Below, one piece after another: positions 49,469-60,200 of a stretch of DNA of 64,000 nucleotides. Each line of letters opens with the position of its first letter. The first letter of the stretch is position 1. This stretch comes from a bacterium (GTDB lineage: Bacteria; UBA8248), in the NCBI GenBank assembly GCA_965203325.1, contig OZ241875.1, positions 544,001 through 608,000 on the forward strand, given 5' to 3'. The notes under the pieces were generated by a model. The model was not told the DNA's origin and made no database searches. It saw nothing but the letters and a program-made list of their open reading frames with translations. A program made the position numbers and the translations under genes.

Positions 49469-49699
49469 TCAGAACGGAACGTCTTCGCCCAATACGCCGG
49501 CGGGCACCGCCGTCGTCTCGGGGTGCGCGCCGTTGCCGTTCCCGTTCACCTTGTCCAGGAACTGAATGCGCCCGCCAGGCGCGATGAGGATCTCGGTCGA
49601 GAAGCGATCGGAGTCCTCATCGTCCTTCTTCCAGCGGCGGGTCTGGAGCTTGCCCGCGACGTAGACCAAGCGGCCCTTCTTCGCGTGCTTCTCAAACAT
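49469..49699 (-). pseudogene. ssb: C-terminal half of single-stranded DNA-binding protein
   Basis: KKGRLVYVAGKLQTRRW...RFSTEI and acidic tip EDVPF; the N-terminal OB-fold half is missing, with an AT-rich break at ~49700. Confidence 0.85.
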
Positions 49700-50349
49700 G
49701 CCTTCAGAAATTCAAGAAGATTATAACATGCTAAATTTATTTGTTTTATTCGATCAAGAAATTCATTGGAGAATGATTGTCAACACTATCGCAACACAAC
49801 GCCTCGATCACGAACACGGCATCGCATCCGTGCGCCCAGTAGAGCATGGCGATGATATTGCGATTCGGCGAAGGGTTCAAGCTCCGCAATCCGCCTGCTC
49901 ATAGAGATGATTATCCTGTTGATCGGGGCGGCAGCCGTCATTGCCACAGACGCCGCTCTCCACCTACCAATGAAACTCTCAGGCCATATAGACAGGTAAA
50001 TTTGGGCATCCATTCAGCGTCCGACTTCCTTGCACCCCGTCCGATGGGGCGAACTCTACCCGACGGTGGCCCCGGCTTGGCGGCGCGCCTGAGAACATAT
50101 GGCGCCGATGTTCGCCTTTCCGCCGGCTATCCGGAAGATGATAAATACGAACAACACCTTAGAGACCCTTCGCCGATGGGGTGGACGACCCCTCCCGGCA
50201 GTATCACACTGTGGTGAGGCGGACGCTGCTGGGCGGATGAAGCTCACCCCGGCAATTCAGCCAGGAACTCCGCCAGTGGCAGGATGTCCAAACCGTCCAG
50301 TAGCTGCCGCCTGGAAGGTCGGGGTGGTGTACCGGAGGCTGGTGGGGGC

Positions 50350-51075
50350 TTAGCGGCCGGTTTGCACTAGATCCGCGTAGACGCACTCCCGGCCGTCGGC
50401 GCCGTCGTCCGCATCGGTCGCCACGGGCCGCCGCACGATCCGGCCGGGCCGCGCAGGCAAGGGTGACGAGAACATCGGCCCATCCAGCACGCAGGTATGG
50501 AACTCGCCGTTCTCGCCGAGCGGGTCGACGTCCGGCGGCAGATCCGCCAGCAGCTCGCGGTCGAACCATCTGCCGGCGATATCCGCCGGGGCCAGATCGG
50601 GATTGACGGCGTTGACGACCGCACGCAGCCCCGAGGCGATCATAGTGCGGGCGAGGCGTGAGGTGTCCGAGCCCCAGACGGGGAAGACGGGCGTGAATCC
50701 GGTCCCGGTCACCCGGTCTTCGCGATAGGCGCGCACGTCCTCCAGGAAGAGGTCACCGAAGGCGAAATGGCGCGCGGTCCGCGCCTCGGGAAGCCGGCGC
50801 ACCCGTTCCAGGAAGCCGCGCATCGCGGCCTCGTAGGCGTCGTTCGAGCACGGGTAGGGGATCTCGATTTCATAGAGGGGCAGTCCCAGGCAGCGGGCCT
50901 GTTGCTTGAGTACCCAGCGCGGCGTCCCGTGCACGGACACGCGGTCGAATGCGGGGGTCACCGTGGTGAAGATCCCTCGGACGATCCAGGTCTCGGGTTG
51001 CTGCCGGAGCGCGTGGAGCGCCCATGCGGAGTCCTTTCCAGACGACCAGGAGACGAGGATAGGGGTGGGCGGCAT
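50350..51075 (-). CDS. PP-loop ATP-binding protein (Dph6/MJ0570-related adenine nucleotide alpha hydrolase)
   Basis: SWSSGKDS, AFGDLFL and D.LGENGEFHT motifs. Confidence 0.85.
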   Translation of the reverse strand: MPPTPILVSWSSGKDSAWALHALRQQPETWIVRGIFTTVTPAFDRVSVHGTPRWVLKQQARCLGLPLYEIEIPYPCSNDAYEAAMRGFLERVRRLPEARTARHFAFGDLFLEDVRAYREDRVTGTGFTPVFPVWGSDTSRLARTMIASGLRAVVNAVNPDLAPADIAGRWFDRELLADLPPDVDPLGENGEFHTCVLDGPMFSSPLPARPGRIVRRPVATDADDGADGRECVYADLVQTGR

Positions 51076-51118
51076 TTGAGATTGGGGCGTGTCCGGGTTG
51101 GGGGAGTAGCGTTGGCCG

Positions 51119-51394
51119 CTATCTCTTGTCCGTCAGCCGCCTCGCCAAGTACTTGTGGATGACGCTGGACAACAACGTCTGGTAAGGGATCCCCTCTTCT
51201 CGTGCCCGAGCGTGTGCCCGATTGAAGTCGCGTTCGGTGACCCGCAGGTTGACCCGTCGGGTCTTTTTGAAGGGGTTGCGCACCGCCTGAGGTGCGATCT
51301 CCATCTCGTCGTCAGCCCGAGAAGCGGGCTGCAATTCGTCGCGCTCGAACTTCTCCAGGATTTCCCGCTCTTCCCTGCTCAGCTGGTCGTTCAC
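51119..51394 (-). CDS. CopG/RHH antitoxin (BrnA-like)
   Basis: EEREILEKFE...KTRRVNLR...A.EEGIPYQTL.SSVIHKY pattern; GTG overlaps the upstream TGA. Confidence 0.75.
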   Translation of the reverse strand: MNDQLSREEREILEKFERDELQPASRADDEMEIAPQAVRNPFKKTRRVNLRVTERDFNRAHARAREEGIPYQTLLSSVIHKYLARRLTDKR

Positions 51395-51550
51395 GATGAC
51401 TGCTTCCTTCGATAGTCTCGGGGCGCTTTTCGGCAGGGTATGATCGTCTTCAGGAATCGAGTCCCGTCCTCGTCGACAACGAACGGCACGACATAGAGGT
51501 ACTCTTCGAAGTTGACAACGTAGATCATTTGGCCCCGGTATCGCTCCTGT
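51391..51550 (-). pseudogene. C-terminal fragment of BrnT-like toxin
   Basis: Minus-strand frame QERYRGQMIYVVNFEEYLYVVPFVVDEDGTRFLKTIIPCRKAPRDY; no N-terminal half upstream. Confidence 0.7.
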
Positions 51551-51757
51551 AAGGCATTCATCCATTAGAGGTAGTCCTGTGTGGAGCAAACCGTTTCAGT
51601 CTGTATTCTAAATTTGTTCTGCGCAGGTGTTCGAAACCAATTAAATCGCGCCGTGGTACCCTGAGACGCTATCTTGTGAGACGGGACAATGAGCAAGTCG
51701 ACCAAGCTGCTGGCTACGCAGAGATGGGATGATATAGCAGACAAACACCCGGGCCGC

Positions 51758-52042
51758 TCAACCACCCGCCTGCAACAAGTCGACGCGCAACCGCTTGCCG
51801 GTCGCCTCGGCATAGCGGCGCAGTGTCTTGATCGACGGCGAGACGCCGCCGCTCTCCAGACGAGCAATGGCCGACTGGGTAGTTCCGAGACGCCGGGCGA
51901 TTTCCGCCTGTGTCAGTTTCGCTTCCGTGCGGGCGCGAACCAGCGCCTCGAACAACCTGAATTCTTCATCGACTCGCTCGTATTCTTCCCGGAACTCCGG
52001 GTCTTTCATGAAACGCTTCTTCAGATCCTCGAGTTTCGTCAT
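51758..52042 (-). CDS. XRE HTH antitoxin (HigA-like)
   Basis: MKDPEFREEY...AR..AKLTQAEIARRLGTTQSAIARLESG. Confidence 0.9.
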   Translation of the reverse strand: MTKLEDLKKRFMKDPEFREEYERVDEEFRLFEALVRARTEAKLTQAEIARRLGTTQSAIARLESGGVSPSIKTLRRYAEATGKRLRVDLLQAGG

Positions 52043-52371
52043 GGCGTCACCTGTCTCATACGCTCCCTGGCCAGCGCCAACGCCCGTCTCGGCGTCCTCT
52101 GCGTCTTTTTCGCAAACACATGCAGAACCACGACCCGCCGGCCGGTCGCCGTCACATAGATCCCCCGGGCGATCCCCCCTTGCGCCCTGACGCGCAATTC
52201 CCAAAGCTTGCCCTCGATATGCCTGACGTGCGGTTCACGAAGAGCCTCGAGGCCGACATTTTCGATCATCTCCAACAACCGCACCAGCCGGGCGCGCAAC
52301 TTGACGGGTAACCCCGCGATTTCGTCATCGACTCCAGATACGGTTTCGACCGTCCACCCTGCATCGTCCAT
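52039..52371 (-). CDS. RelE/ParE (Gp49-like, HigB-type) toxin
   Basis: EPHVRHIEGKLWELR...IARGIY...VVLHVFAKKTQRTP; toxin-first order with ATGA overlap. Confidence 0.9.
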   Translation of the reverse strand: MDDAGWTVETVSGVDDEIAGLPVKLRARLVRLLEMIENVGLEALREPHVRHIEGKLWELRVRAQGGIARGIYVTATGRRVVVLHVFAKKTQRTPRRALALARERMRQVTP

Positions 52372-52372
52372 G

Positions 52373-52390
52373 TATAGCACATCCGCTATA
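52373..52390. promoter_or_regulatory. Putative TA autorepression operator
   Basis: TATAGC-N6-GCTATA palindrome immediately upstream of the toxin start. Confidence 0.55.
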
Positions 52391-52762
52391 TACTCTCAAG
52401 CCGACGTGAAACCCTGCCTCCAGAGTTCCACACGACAAGAGCATTACTCCACCATCGTCTCGAATCGGCCCTGCCATCAGGGAAACGAGTGGTGCGACGG
52501 AAATCCTGCTGTTACGGGCGAGAGCCGAATTTACATGAATCATGGTTATTCAAAAACCCCGGCCCCGGGTCAGCGTCTGGAAATCCACGCGCTCGAGAAA
52601 AGAGCAAATCCTGCCGAAACGAAGACACAGATCGGGGCAGGCTTCACACCCCTCTCCGCTTTCCTCCAGGCGCTCTCTGCGCAGGGACACCCTCTCTGCG
52701 ACGTGGGCCGATATAGAGGCGGTCAATAGGGTCGCGGAGAGCAGCGCCACATCCGAGCGCAT

Positions 52763-53333
52763 TGCGCCCCGAAGAGGCGGAGGCGGGCCGGGAGGGGTGG
52801 CGGCGGAGCGTCCGGGAGAGGGCGTTCTTCGCCGCCATCATCCACTCTTTGCAAGGAGGCGCGCGATGCGGACGACCATGCGAGAATCGAACACCTTCCT
52901 CACCCACCTGTTCGGACGCGGCCTCGAGGACGAGCGCTACGAAGTGAAACGCCACAAGTCCGCCGATGGCGACATCAGGCCCGTGCCCGCAGGAGATACG
53001 GGGAAACGCAAGGGAAAGCGCGTGACCGCCTCGCGCCGGACGGCTTTCCGGGTGGCCGTCGCGCGTTTCGCCCTGCGCCGGCCCTTCGTCGTCGACTCCC
53101 CTGCGGGCAGGGGACGTATGTCGCCGTCCATCGTGGACTTGAACCGCTCGACGGCGTATCGCTCATCCTCCAGCCCTTGGCCGAAGGTGTGGGTGAGGAA
53201 GGTGTTCGATTCTCGCATGGTCATCCGCATCGCGCGCCTCCTTGCTGTGGGTAGTCGGGAAAGCGGAGAACGTCCTCTCCCGGACGCCCGACCGCCGCCC
53301 CCTCCCGGCCCGGCTCTGCCTCTTCGGGACGCA
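52763..53333. repeat. ~570-bp imperfect palindrome formed by two paralogous gene 5' ends joined tail-to-tail
   Basis: 52851-52907 vs reverse complement of 53189-53245 is 56/57 identical; similarity continues outwards and inwards to a centre near 53042. Confidence 0.9.
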
Positions 53334-53695
53334 GGACGAGATGGAGTAAAACGGCACAGGGAGGTCTTCTAAAGACCGGCGTGTTGCATGGATTGGATGG
53401 TTGGAAAGATTTCCGTGGACGAGCGGGTTCAACCCCGACTCTTGGCGCCTGCCTGCCGGCCAGCGACGGATTCTGCTCGGCACTAAAAATTCGACTTCGA
53501 TATGACTATCGTACAACTCAAAGTGCAAATAAAAGGTTCACGTTCGATCTGACAGTTGGAATCGCAGGTCTGGATGTAATCTTGGCCTTTGGCGCCATGA
53601 AGTATTTTCTCCAGTATGAGACACTCATCTCATTGCCCACTCCGAAGGTATTCATTCTCTTTGTACGGCGTTTCAATTGAAATAAGGGAATAACA

Positions 53696-54958
53696 ATGAG
53701 CGACGCTTTTGTCGGCTTTGATTCGGCCTGGAGCGACAAGAACAACGGAGGTATCGCATGGGCGAGTTTCCGGGGAAGCAGGTTAAAAGATTTCGGCGAG
53801 CCGAAGCCTGCCGACTTCGACGAAGCCGCCCGCATCATCGAGACCCTTCGAGACGAACATGGTTTCGTGCTGGTCGCGATGGATCAGCCGACGCTGGTTC
53901 CCAACGAAACTGGCTCGCGGCCCGTTGAGCGGGTCGCCGCTTCCCTGATATCCGCTCTTAAAAGCGGCGTCCAATACGCTAATCGGAGCAGGGAGGCATT
54001 GTTCGGCGCGTATGCACCCGTATGGTCATTTATTGAGCGATTCGATGCTCGTGAGAATCCCCCGGCAGCACGAGCGGCGACCTCTGGATTGCATATGATC
54101 GAGGTCTATCCCGCGCTTGCTCTCCCTGCCCTGGAACCCTCTATCATGGAGCGCAAGCGCGCGGCGCGTTACAACCCGAAAAAACGGAGCAAGAACTTCT
54201 CGCTAGATGATTGGAAGCTTGTCGCCAGTGCAGTCGGGCGCCACGCGGACACGCTGGGTCTCGTTCCGTTGTCTCAATGGGCCGGTGAGCACGTAGCGCT
54301 CGCAAAGCCTGTAAAACGCGATCAGGATCTCCTGGACGCCGCGATTTGCCTGCTCATCGCGCTTCAATGGCGACGGGCGCCACGCGACCGCCTCGCCGTG
54401 ATTGGAGACGGGCGCACCGGCTACATGGTGACGACGGTTTCGCCCGACACCAAGGAGATACTCGATCGGGCGGCAAAGCAGAAGAACGTGCCGATAGACG
54501 CGCCCTGGCCCTCCGATGCAGAACGGGCACCTTCCGGTACCAGAGCCACAAGGATGCGGCGGCAAGAGAAACCGTCAAGTTCACCGCGCTCTCGCGCACG
54601 CCGACAGAACACACAGAAAATCACTCGTTCTTCGTTCGGGCATATGGAACTCAGACGTTATCTTGTCAAAATAGCGCGAGAAGGGAGGACAGTGACTTAC
54701 GGCGAGGTAGCCAAAGAGTTTGGTGTCAAGTGGTCGCAAGGGGCGCTGTCATCCCTCACCGCCGCATTGAGTAAACTCGGTGAAGAGAACATGGTCGGCA
54801 AGGAGCCACTGCTGATGGCTCTCGTCGTGAACAAAAAGAGTCGCTTGCCCGGTCAGGGTTTTTTCAACGCGATTGGGCCATGCCCAGAATCCGATCGGCG
54901 CGAAAGGCACGAAGATTGTCTTGAAAGGATATGGGCGTTCCGATGGCTGGAGGGATGA
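53696..54958 (+). CDS. DUF429 (RNase H-like nuclease) protein with extra C-terminal winged-helix-like domain
   Basis: FVGFDSAW, VAMDQP, IEVYP, DLLDAAIC and GD...GYMV motifs; C-terminal TYGEVA...PLL.ALVVNK...PGQGFF. Confidence 0.75.
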   Translation: MSDAFVGFDSAWSDKNNGGIAWASFRGSRLKDFGEPKPADFDEAARIIETLRDEHGFVLVAMDQPTLVPNETGSRPVERVAASLISALKSGVQYANRSREALFGAYAPVWSFIERFDARENPPAARAATSGLHMIEVYPALALPALEPSIMERKRAARYNPKKRSKNFSLDDWKLVASAVGRHADTLGLVPLSQWAGEHVALAKPVKRDQDLLDAAICLLIALQWRRAPRDRLAVIGDGRTGYMVTTVSPDTKEILDRAAKQKNVPIDAPWPSDAERAPSGTRATRMRRQEKPSSSPRSRARRQNTQKITRSSFGHMELRRYLVKIAREGRTVTYGEVAKEFGVKWSQGALSSLTAALSKLGEENMVGKEPLLMALVVNKKSRLPGQGFFNAIGPCPESDRRERHEDCLERIWAFRWLEG

Positions 54959-54969
54959 CTGGCGCGGCG

Positions 54970-55935
54970 TCAACCGATACGCTCGGGAGGACCTGCAATC
55001 CAGAGCTTCCATGTCTCGATTGGAGGAACACCTGGCGGCAGATGGGCGTTTACGACGCCCAGCACTCGTTCATAGCGATACTTCACCTCCTCGCTTCGGC
55101 CATCGTCGCCCAACCCGATAGCGGCGCGAATGCCGCCAGTGATTCGGGGAATATTGGCGGGGGTCAAACCCAGAGCCACGCGAGCATCAAGCAGCCTTTG
55201 CAGCGAACCCCGCACAGCGCCGAAAGCGCCGTGCCACTCCCAGACGTATTGCAGAAGCTGAAGCGGCGCATAGTAAACATCCGATGCGGATGCGTCTTTT
55301 AGCTCGACAATCACCAGACGGCCTTGCGGATCGACGGCAATCTGATCGATCTCGTTACTCTTTTTCCTTTGCGGCAACATCGCCCAGTGGTCTCTACGGG
55401 AAGGCAGCTTCCGCTTGGATGCAACGATGGCGCCCAGTTGAACATACGCATCGTCGATCTTCTGGCACTCCATGGCTTTCGCCTTTTCCGTTTCGGACTC
55501 GTAGGCGAGCACAGCATCCCGGTCGAAGGGTACCCAGGGCTCCGTGACACGCGACCAGCGTGCCTGTATGCCGCCCTCACGCGCCGTCTGCGCTTCGGCT
55601 ACGGCCACGTTGTCCAGGTAGTTGCTCAGCGTCTCCTCGAAGCCAGGTTCCTGGGTGTTCCATTCCCGGAACAGACCCCCTGCACAGGGTTGTGTCGTGT
55701 ACGTACTTTCTGCCGTAAAGTCGGCCATCCCGTTTTTCAGACATATATCGACAAGCTTGGTAAGGCCACAGTAGACGATTACCTTATCGTCCAAGCGCAG
55801 ATGTACATCGAGATGGCAGCGAGCGACCTTCCGCTTCGAGAGTGCAAGCAGTGGCGCGAGAAATCCTCCCGGAGACAGGAGCGCCTTCATCTCCGGCGAA
55901 GGTGCGCGATCATAGGCGGGTCTTGGCGTCATCAT
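54970..55935 (-). CDS. Hypothetical PD-(D/E)XK nuclease-like protein
   Basis: EIDQIAVD..GRLVIVELK...A..QL.QY motif. Confidence 0.6.
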   Translation of the reverse strand: MMTPRPAYDRAPSPEMKALLSPGGFLAPLLALSKRKVARCHLDVHLRLDDKVIVYCGLTKLVDICLKNGMADFTAESTYTTQPCAGGLFREWNTQEPGFEETLSNYLDNVAVAEAQTAREGGIQARWSRVTEPWVPFDRDAVLAYESETEKAKAMECQKIDDAYVQLGAIVASKRKLPSRRDHWAMLPQRKKSNEIDQIAVDPQGRLVIVELKDASASDVYYAPLQLLQYVWEWHGAFGAVRGSLQRLLDARVALGLTPANIPRITGGIRAAIGLGDDGRSEEVKYRYERVLGVVNAHLPPGVPPIETWKLWIAGPPERIG

Positions 55936-56003
55936 GAACCTCCCGGCATTGACAGCGGCGGCGCATCCGAGAGCCTGAGCATTATACTCTCCGCCTTCGC
56001 CGC

Positions 56004-56630
56004 TTAGCGCACCTCTATCATGAGGTATCGGAACCGTTGATTCGTTGCTTCCCCGAAACTCCAATAATCTCTCCAGACACAATCATAAGAACCTTTCAGA
56101 CGTATCGGTTCTTCCCTGCCTGTCGTCGTACCCTCGCTGGCCTGGGCAGACCATGCCTTTTCACCCGTAATCTTTCTGCCTTCATTTAGGCGAAAAGCGG
56201 CGTCAATCGTCGGTCTAGAAGGAGGTTTCCAATAGGGTGGAGCATTCGTCAATAAAACCGCATAACCGACCCTGGCTAGCCCAGGACCGTACACGACTTG
56301 CTCCAGCCTTTGGACATCCTTGAGGAAATCGTATCGTCCCAAATCTTGCGCTCCCTGATCACGGAGCGCAAAGAACTCATCCCCGCGTTTCAATTTCAGG
56401 TCTTTAGTGAGGTACTTCAACTCAATCGCAACCCCCACAGTTTGGCGACGCATCCAAATGTCGAGATACATCCTTTCATCTTGGAAAGGCTTATACTCCA
56501 GGCGAATCTCGTCAGTCGGCATCACCTTGTGAAGCTGCCACGCAAGTGCGTGTTGAAAATCCGCTTCCGAATGAAAAACCGGACGTTCTTCTGACAAGGT
56601 TACCATCAGGCTGGGTATATCCAACGTCAT
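56004..56630 (-). CDS. Hypothetical PD-(D/E)XK nuclease-like protein
   Basis: FHSEADFQ, LE, LDIW, AIELKY and KDVQRLE motifs. Confidence 0.65.
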   Translation of the reverse strand: MTLDIPSLMVTLSEERPVFHSEADFQHALAWQLHKVMPTDEIRLEYKPFQDERMYLDIWMRRQTVGVAIELKYLTKDLKLKRGDEFFALRDQGAQDLGRYDFLKDVQRLEQVVYGPGLARVGYAVLLTNAPPYWKPPSRPTIDAAFRLNEGRKITGEKAWSAQASEGTTTGREEPIRLKGSYDCVWRDYWSFGEATNQRFRYLMIEVR

Positions 56631-57251
56631 CAATTGAACTCCATCAATTCGGATACATGCCTGACTCGAGCTATTCCACTCCATCAGCCGAGAACCATCA
56701 AAAATAAACAGGTTATCTGCAATAGATATACGATGCTTCCATACGTGATCAAAGCCGAAAGCGGTCGGAACTCTTCTCAAGGACCGCCCTAAGCGCAACC
56801 CTCGGAGTACGGACTAGCGGAAAACGACTTCTTCGTGCTCAGTAAACCTCCTTTCTTCCGTTGGAGCTGAACAAGCGATTCTTCTTGCACGAGGACGATT
56901 TTGAAGGGTATGCTCTGCTTCATCACGAGGAACACGCTCGTAAAGCAGGCGGAAACGGAAGGCCCAACTACTGGCACGACCGCAGCCGGTGGGACCGTTT
57001 TACCCTTCGACTCGTCCATCCGACGAACGTTTCCCCACGATACATTCGAACGTATGTCCTCGTTCACGGCGCGGGCCGGCTGGCAGGCTCCGATTCGATG
57101 AGGACCAAATACGACATGGCAACTCTCCGGTCACATCAGGTAGTGCCAAACCGGTCCCTTATCATACACATAGATAAAGGGAGCAGGGAACGGCCATTCG
57201 AAGGTGATCTGACGATAACCAAACACAAACGGAACGAGAGAATACCTATTC

Positions 57252-60200
57252 ATGGCTAACCTAAGCTCTCTGTTTCAGGACACCATACTGAGGGTTTTAG
57301 AGACTGCGCCACGTGGTCTGACTGTGGAACGAATTCGCTCTCAGCTAGCGAAGGCTGGAACTGCCATCGGCAAGGACGAGATAGTGCGGACGCTTGCGCA
57401 AATGAACGAGCGGCAGTTGGTTCAGATAAGCCCAACGCGGCGCTGGCACGTTCGCCAGCGCTCAACGAGGACGGACAAGACTGGACATCCAGTTTCGATT
57501 AGGCCGGACGAGCATCTAGTTGCAATCCCTTGCCAATCAATCGCAGGCGAAGAGGCAATGGCCGAGCCGGAGATGCCTGCAGGGAAAATCGAGCCGAGTT
57601 TAGATCTGCTAAGACAGCTTCTTCCCTACTACCAAGAAGCTTTGAGAGCCAGCGACAGCGGTTCACCCCAAGCATTTGCAAATCAGTACGGAGAAAGTTT
57701 CGTTTTGCTGGAGCCGGATAAGCCATGGTGGCCGACCATTGAACGAGGCCGCACACTGATCGTGCCACTACCACACTTGCCGCAAGGTTTACGATCTCTT
57801 CTGGCAAAACAGCACAGTAGGCATTTGTTGTTAGGCTATCCGCTTCACATGGTGGCACCGCGCAACTCAGAAAGCGATGTCTTTATCCGACCTGTTTCTG
57901 TTTTTCGCTGCCGCTACGAACAGACCGATACCCATCTGCGAATGAGCGTTCCTGTTGTTCGACCAACCATCGTTCGTGACTGGTTGCGAGACCAAGTGAA
58001 GTATAGCGGATGGAACGCATCGCGGCTATTGAGTTGGCTATTGATAGAGGATGAAACGGCGGGTATTCAGACCGAGGATGATACCGAGGCACTAGACTTT
58101 CTTGAAATTCCCACTTTTGCCGCTCGATTGGAATCGGCCGCTGGAAAAGCAGGGCATCAAAGGCTTGTTCCGGGTGCAGTTGCCAGCCGTGTGCCACGCA
58201 TGAGCACAACGGGTTTCTACAACGGGCTCGCCTTGTTTCCAGAAAATATCGGGAACTACGTACGCTCCGCCATCACTGACTATGAGCGACTTTGCCAAGA
58301 AACAGAGGAACGATTGGGAGGCAGCTCAATAGGCGCATTTTTGGGCGCCTCAAGGTCCGTTTCACCTGTGCCTCCCATCCTACATCCGTTTCCCCTCGGT
58401 GAAACTCAATTGCTGGCGACCCGCGCCGCACTATCTCAATCGCTAACGGTTATCACTGGTCCACCGGGGACGGGCAAATCGCAGGTGATAGCCGCCATCA
58501 TGCTCAGTGCTGCTGCCGCAGGACGTTCTGTGCTGTTAGCAGCGCGTCAGCATCGCGCGATAGACGCCGTACAAGAACGATTGGAAGCTTTGACTGAAGA
58601 CAGGGTCTTGCTTGTTCGGGCGAATGAGTCTGAAGGGTTCGGGAAGTTCACATTTCCCGATGGCCTACGGGCACTGCAAACTCGGGCGAGTGACCCAAAT
58701 GCGGCTCAACGCTTTGAGCGCCGCTTTACCGACATTGCAGAGACAGATTCGGCTCGCTGGGAACTACTGGAGAAATGGAGAAGCCTTAAGTCTATGAGCG
58801 AAGAAGAAGCCGCTCTCTTGGTGGAACTGGATAAACTGTCGAGTGACAGAGAAAAGTTGTTGGATCCGGGAGCGCACGCAGCGTCCCCAACAGGCTTGTC
58901 ACGACTATTTTCTCGGATTCTGCATGCGTTAGCTCGTTTCCTACATCTGCCTGCCTCAGGGAACGTGCTTATGGGAAAAGCGTTTCGCCAAGCTCAATTT
59001 GACCATGAAGAAGCCCGACTTCGGCTAGCCCTCCGCAATGTCGAGGAACGTATCCGAGGTTTGCGGAGCAAATTGGAAGAACGGGAGGATACGCCCGTTA
59101 GTCTGGGAGCGAAAGTAGAAAAACTTAGCGCTGAGGCAATCGAGTTTCTGCTCGACCGGTTAGATGCCGTGAGCCAAGAAGATCGTCAGGCGTTAACGAC
59201 AATCGCGGGCGATGCGGGGATCATGGGTCAGCGAGGTGTTGATACGGATGCCCACCGACTAATCTTGAAGTATATGCCCCTTTGGGGGGTAACAACGCTG
59301 GCTGCTGGCAACCGAATCCCACTGGAGGCAGGATTATTTGATTATGTGGTGTTCGACGAAGCTGGTGTGACAGATATAGGCTCTGCCCTTCCACTCCTCT
59401 TCCGGGCGAAGGCTGCGGTGATAGTCGGCGATCCGATGCAGCTTGGTATGATCTGCAATCTCGACCCGCGCGAGGAGCGGTTGATGTTAAGCCGGCACGA
59501 CTTGTTGAGGCCCGGCATTGGGCGTTTCGCCCAAGGCCAAACGGATCTCTTTCAACTCGCAACTTCGGCCATTCAGGGCTCGCCATTCTTGTTGAACGAA
59601 CACTATCGCTGTCATCCAGATATCGCAGCCTACTTTAACGAAGCATTTTACGGTCGCCGACTGACGGCCCTGACTGACACGGACAAATTACGTGTACCCA
59701 ATGGCTTCAAGCCGGGACTACATTGGACGGACGTAAAAGGCGCCGTATCGACAGGCCGCAATATTGGCATGCAAGGCTCGGCTTATTCCAATGCGGAGGC
59801 CGAAGCAGTGGTTGAGAAGCTAGATGAACTGCTGGGGATAAATTTTGAAGGCACGGTCGGCATCGTCACTTTCTTCGCGCCGCAGGCCCGAAGAATCAAC
59901 GAGCTGGTTATCCGCAAGATTGGTTCTGACAGATTGAACCAGTTGAATGTAAAGGTGTTCACCGCTAATAAGTTTCAGGGCGACGAACGCGACGTGATGC
60001 TGATGTCATTGTGTCTAGCCCCGGACATGCCGAGCGGTGCGAGAAATTTCCTGATGCGGGAGAAGCGCCTGCTGAACGTCGCGGTCAGCCGGGCACGTGC
60101 AGTTTGCAACATTTTCGGTAACAAAGAGTACGCGGCCACCTGTGGAATACCGCATATTGAAACTCTAGTCTCACGGGTGAATGCAGCAGCTACTGCGCAT

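Noticed and set aside
49700..50349. Short ORFs between the ssb fragment and the PP-loop gene
   Set aside because: No recognisable motifs or RBS; probably degraded sequence.
52542..53372. 276-aa ORF as a genuine single gene
   Set aside because: It runs through the palindrome; only the part from ATG 52866 has an RBS, and its second half is the antisense of the other arm.
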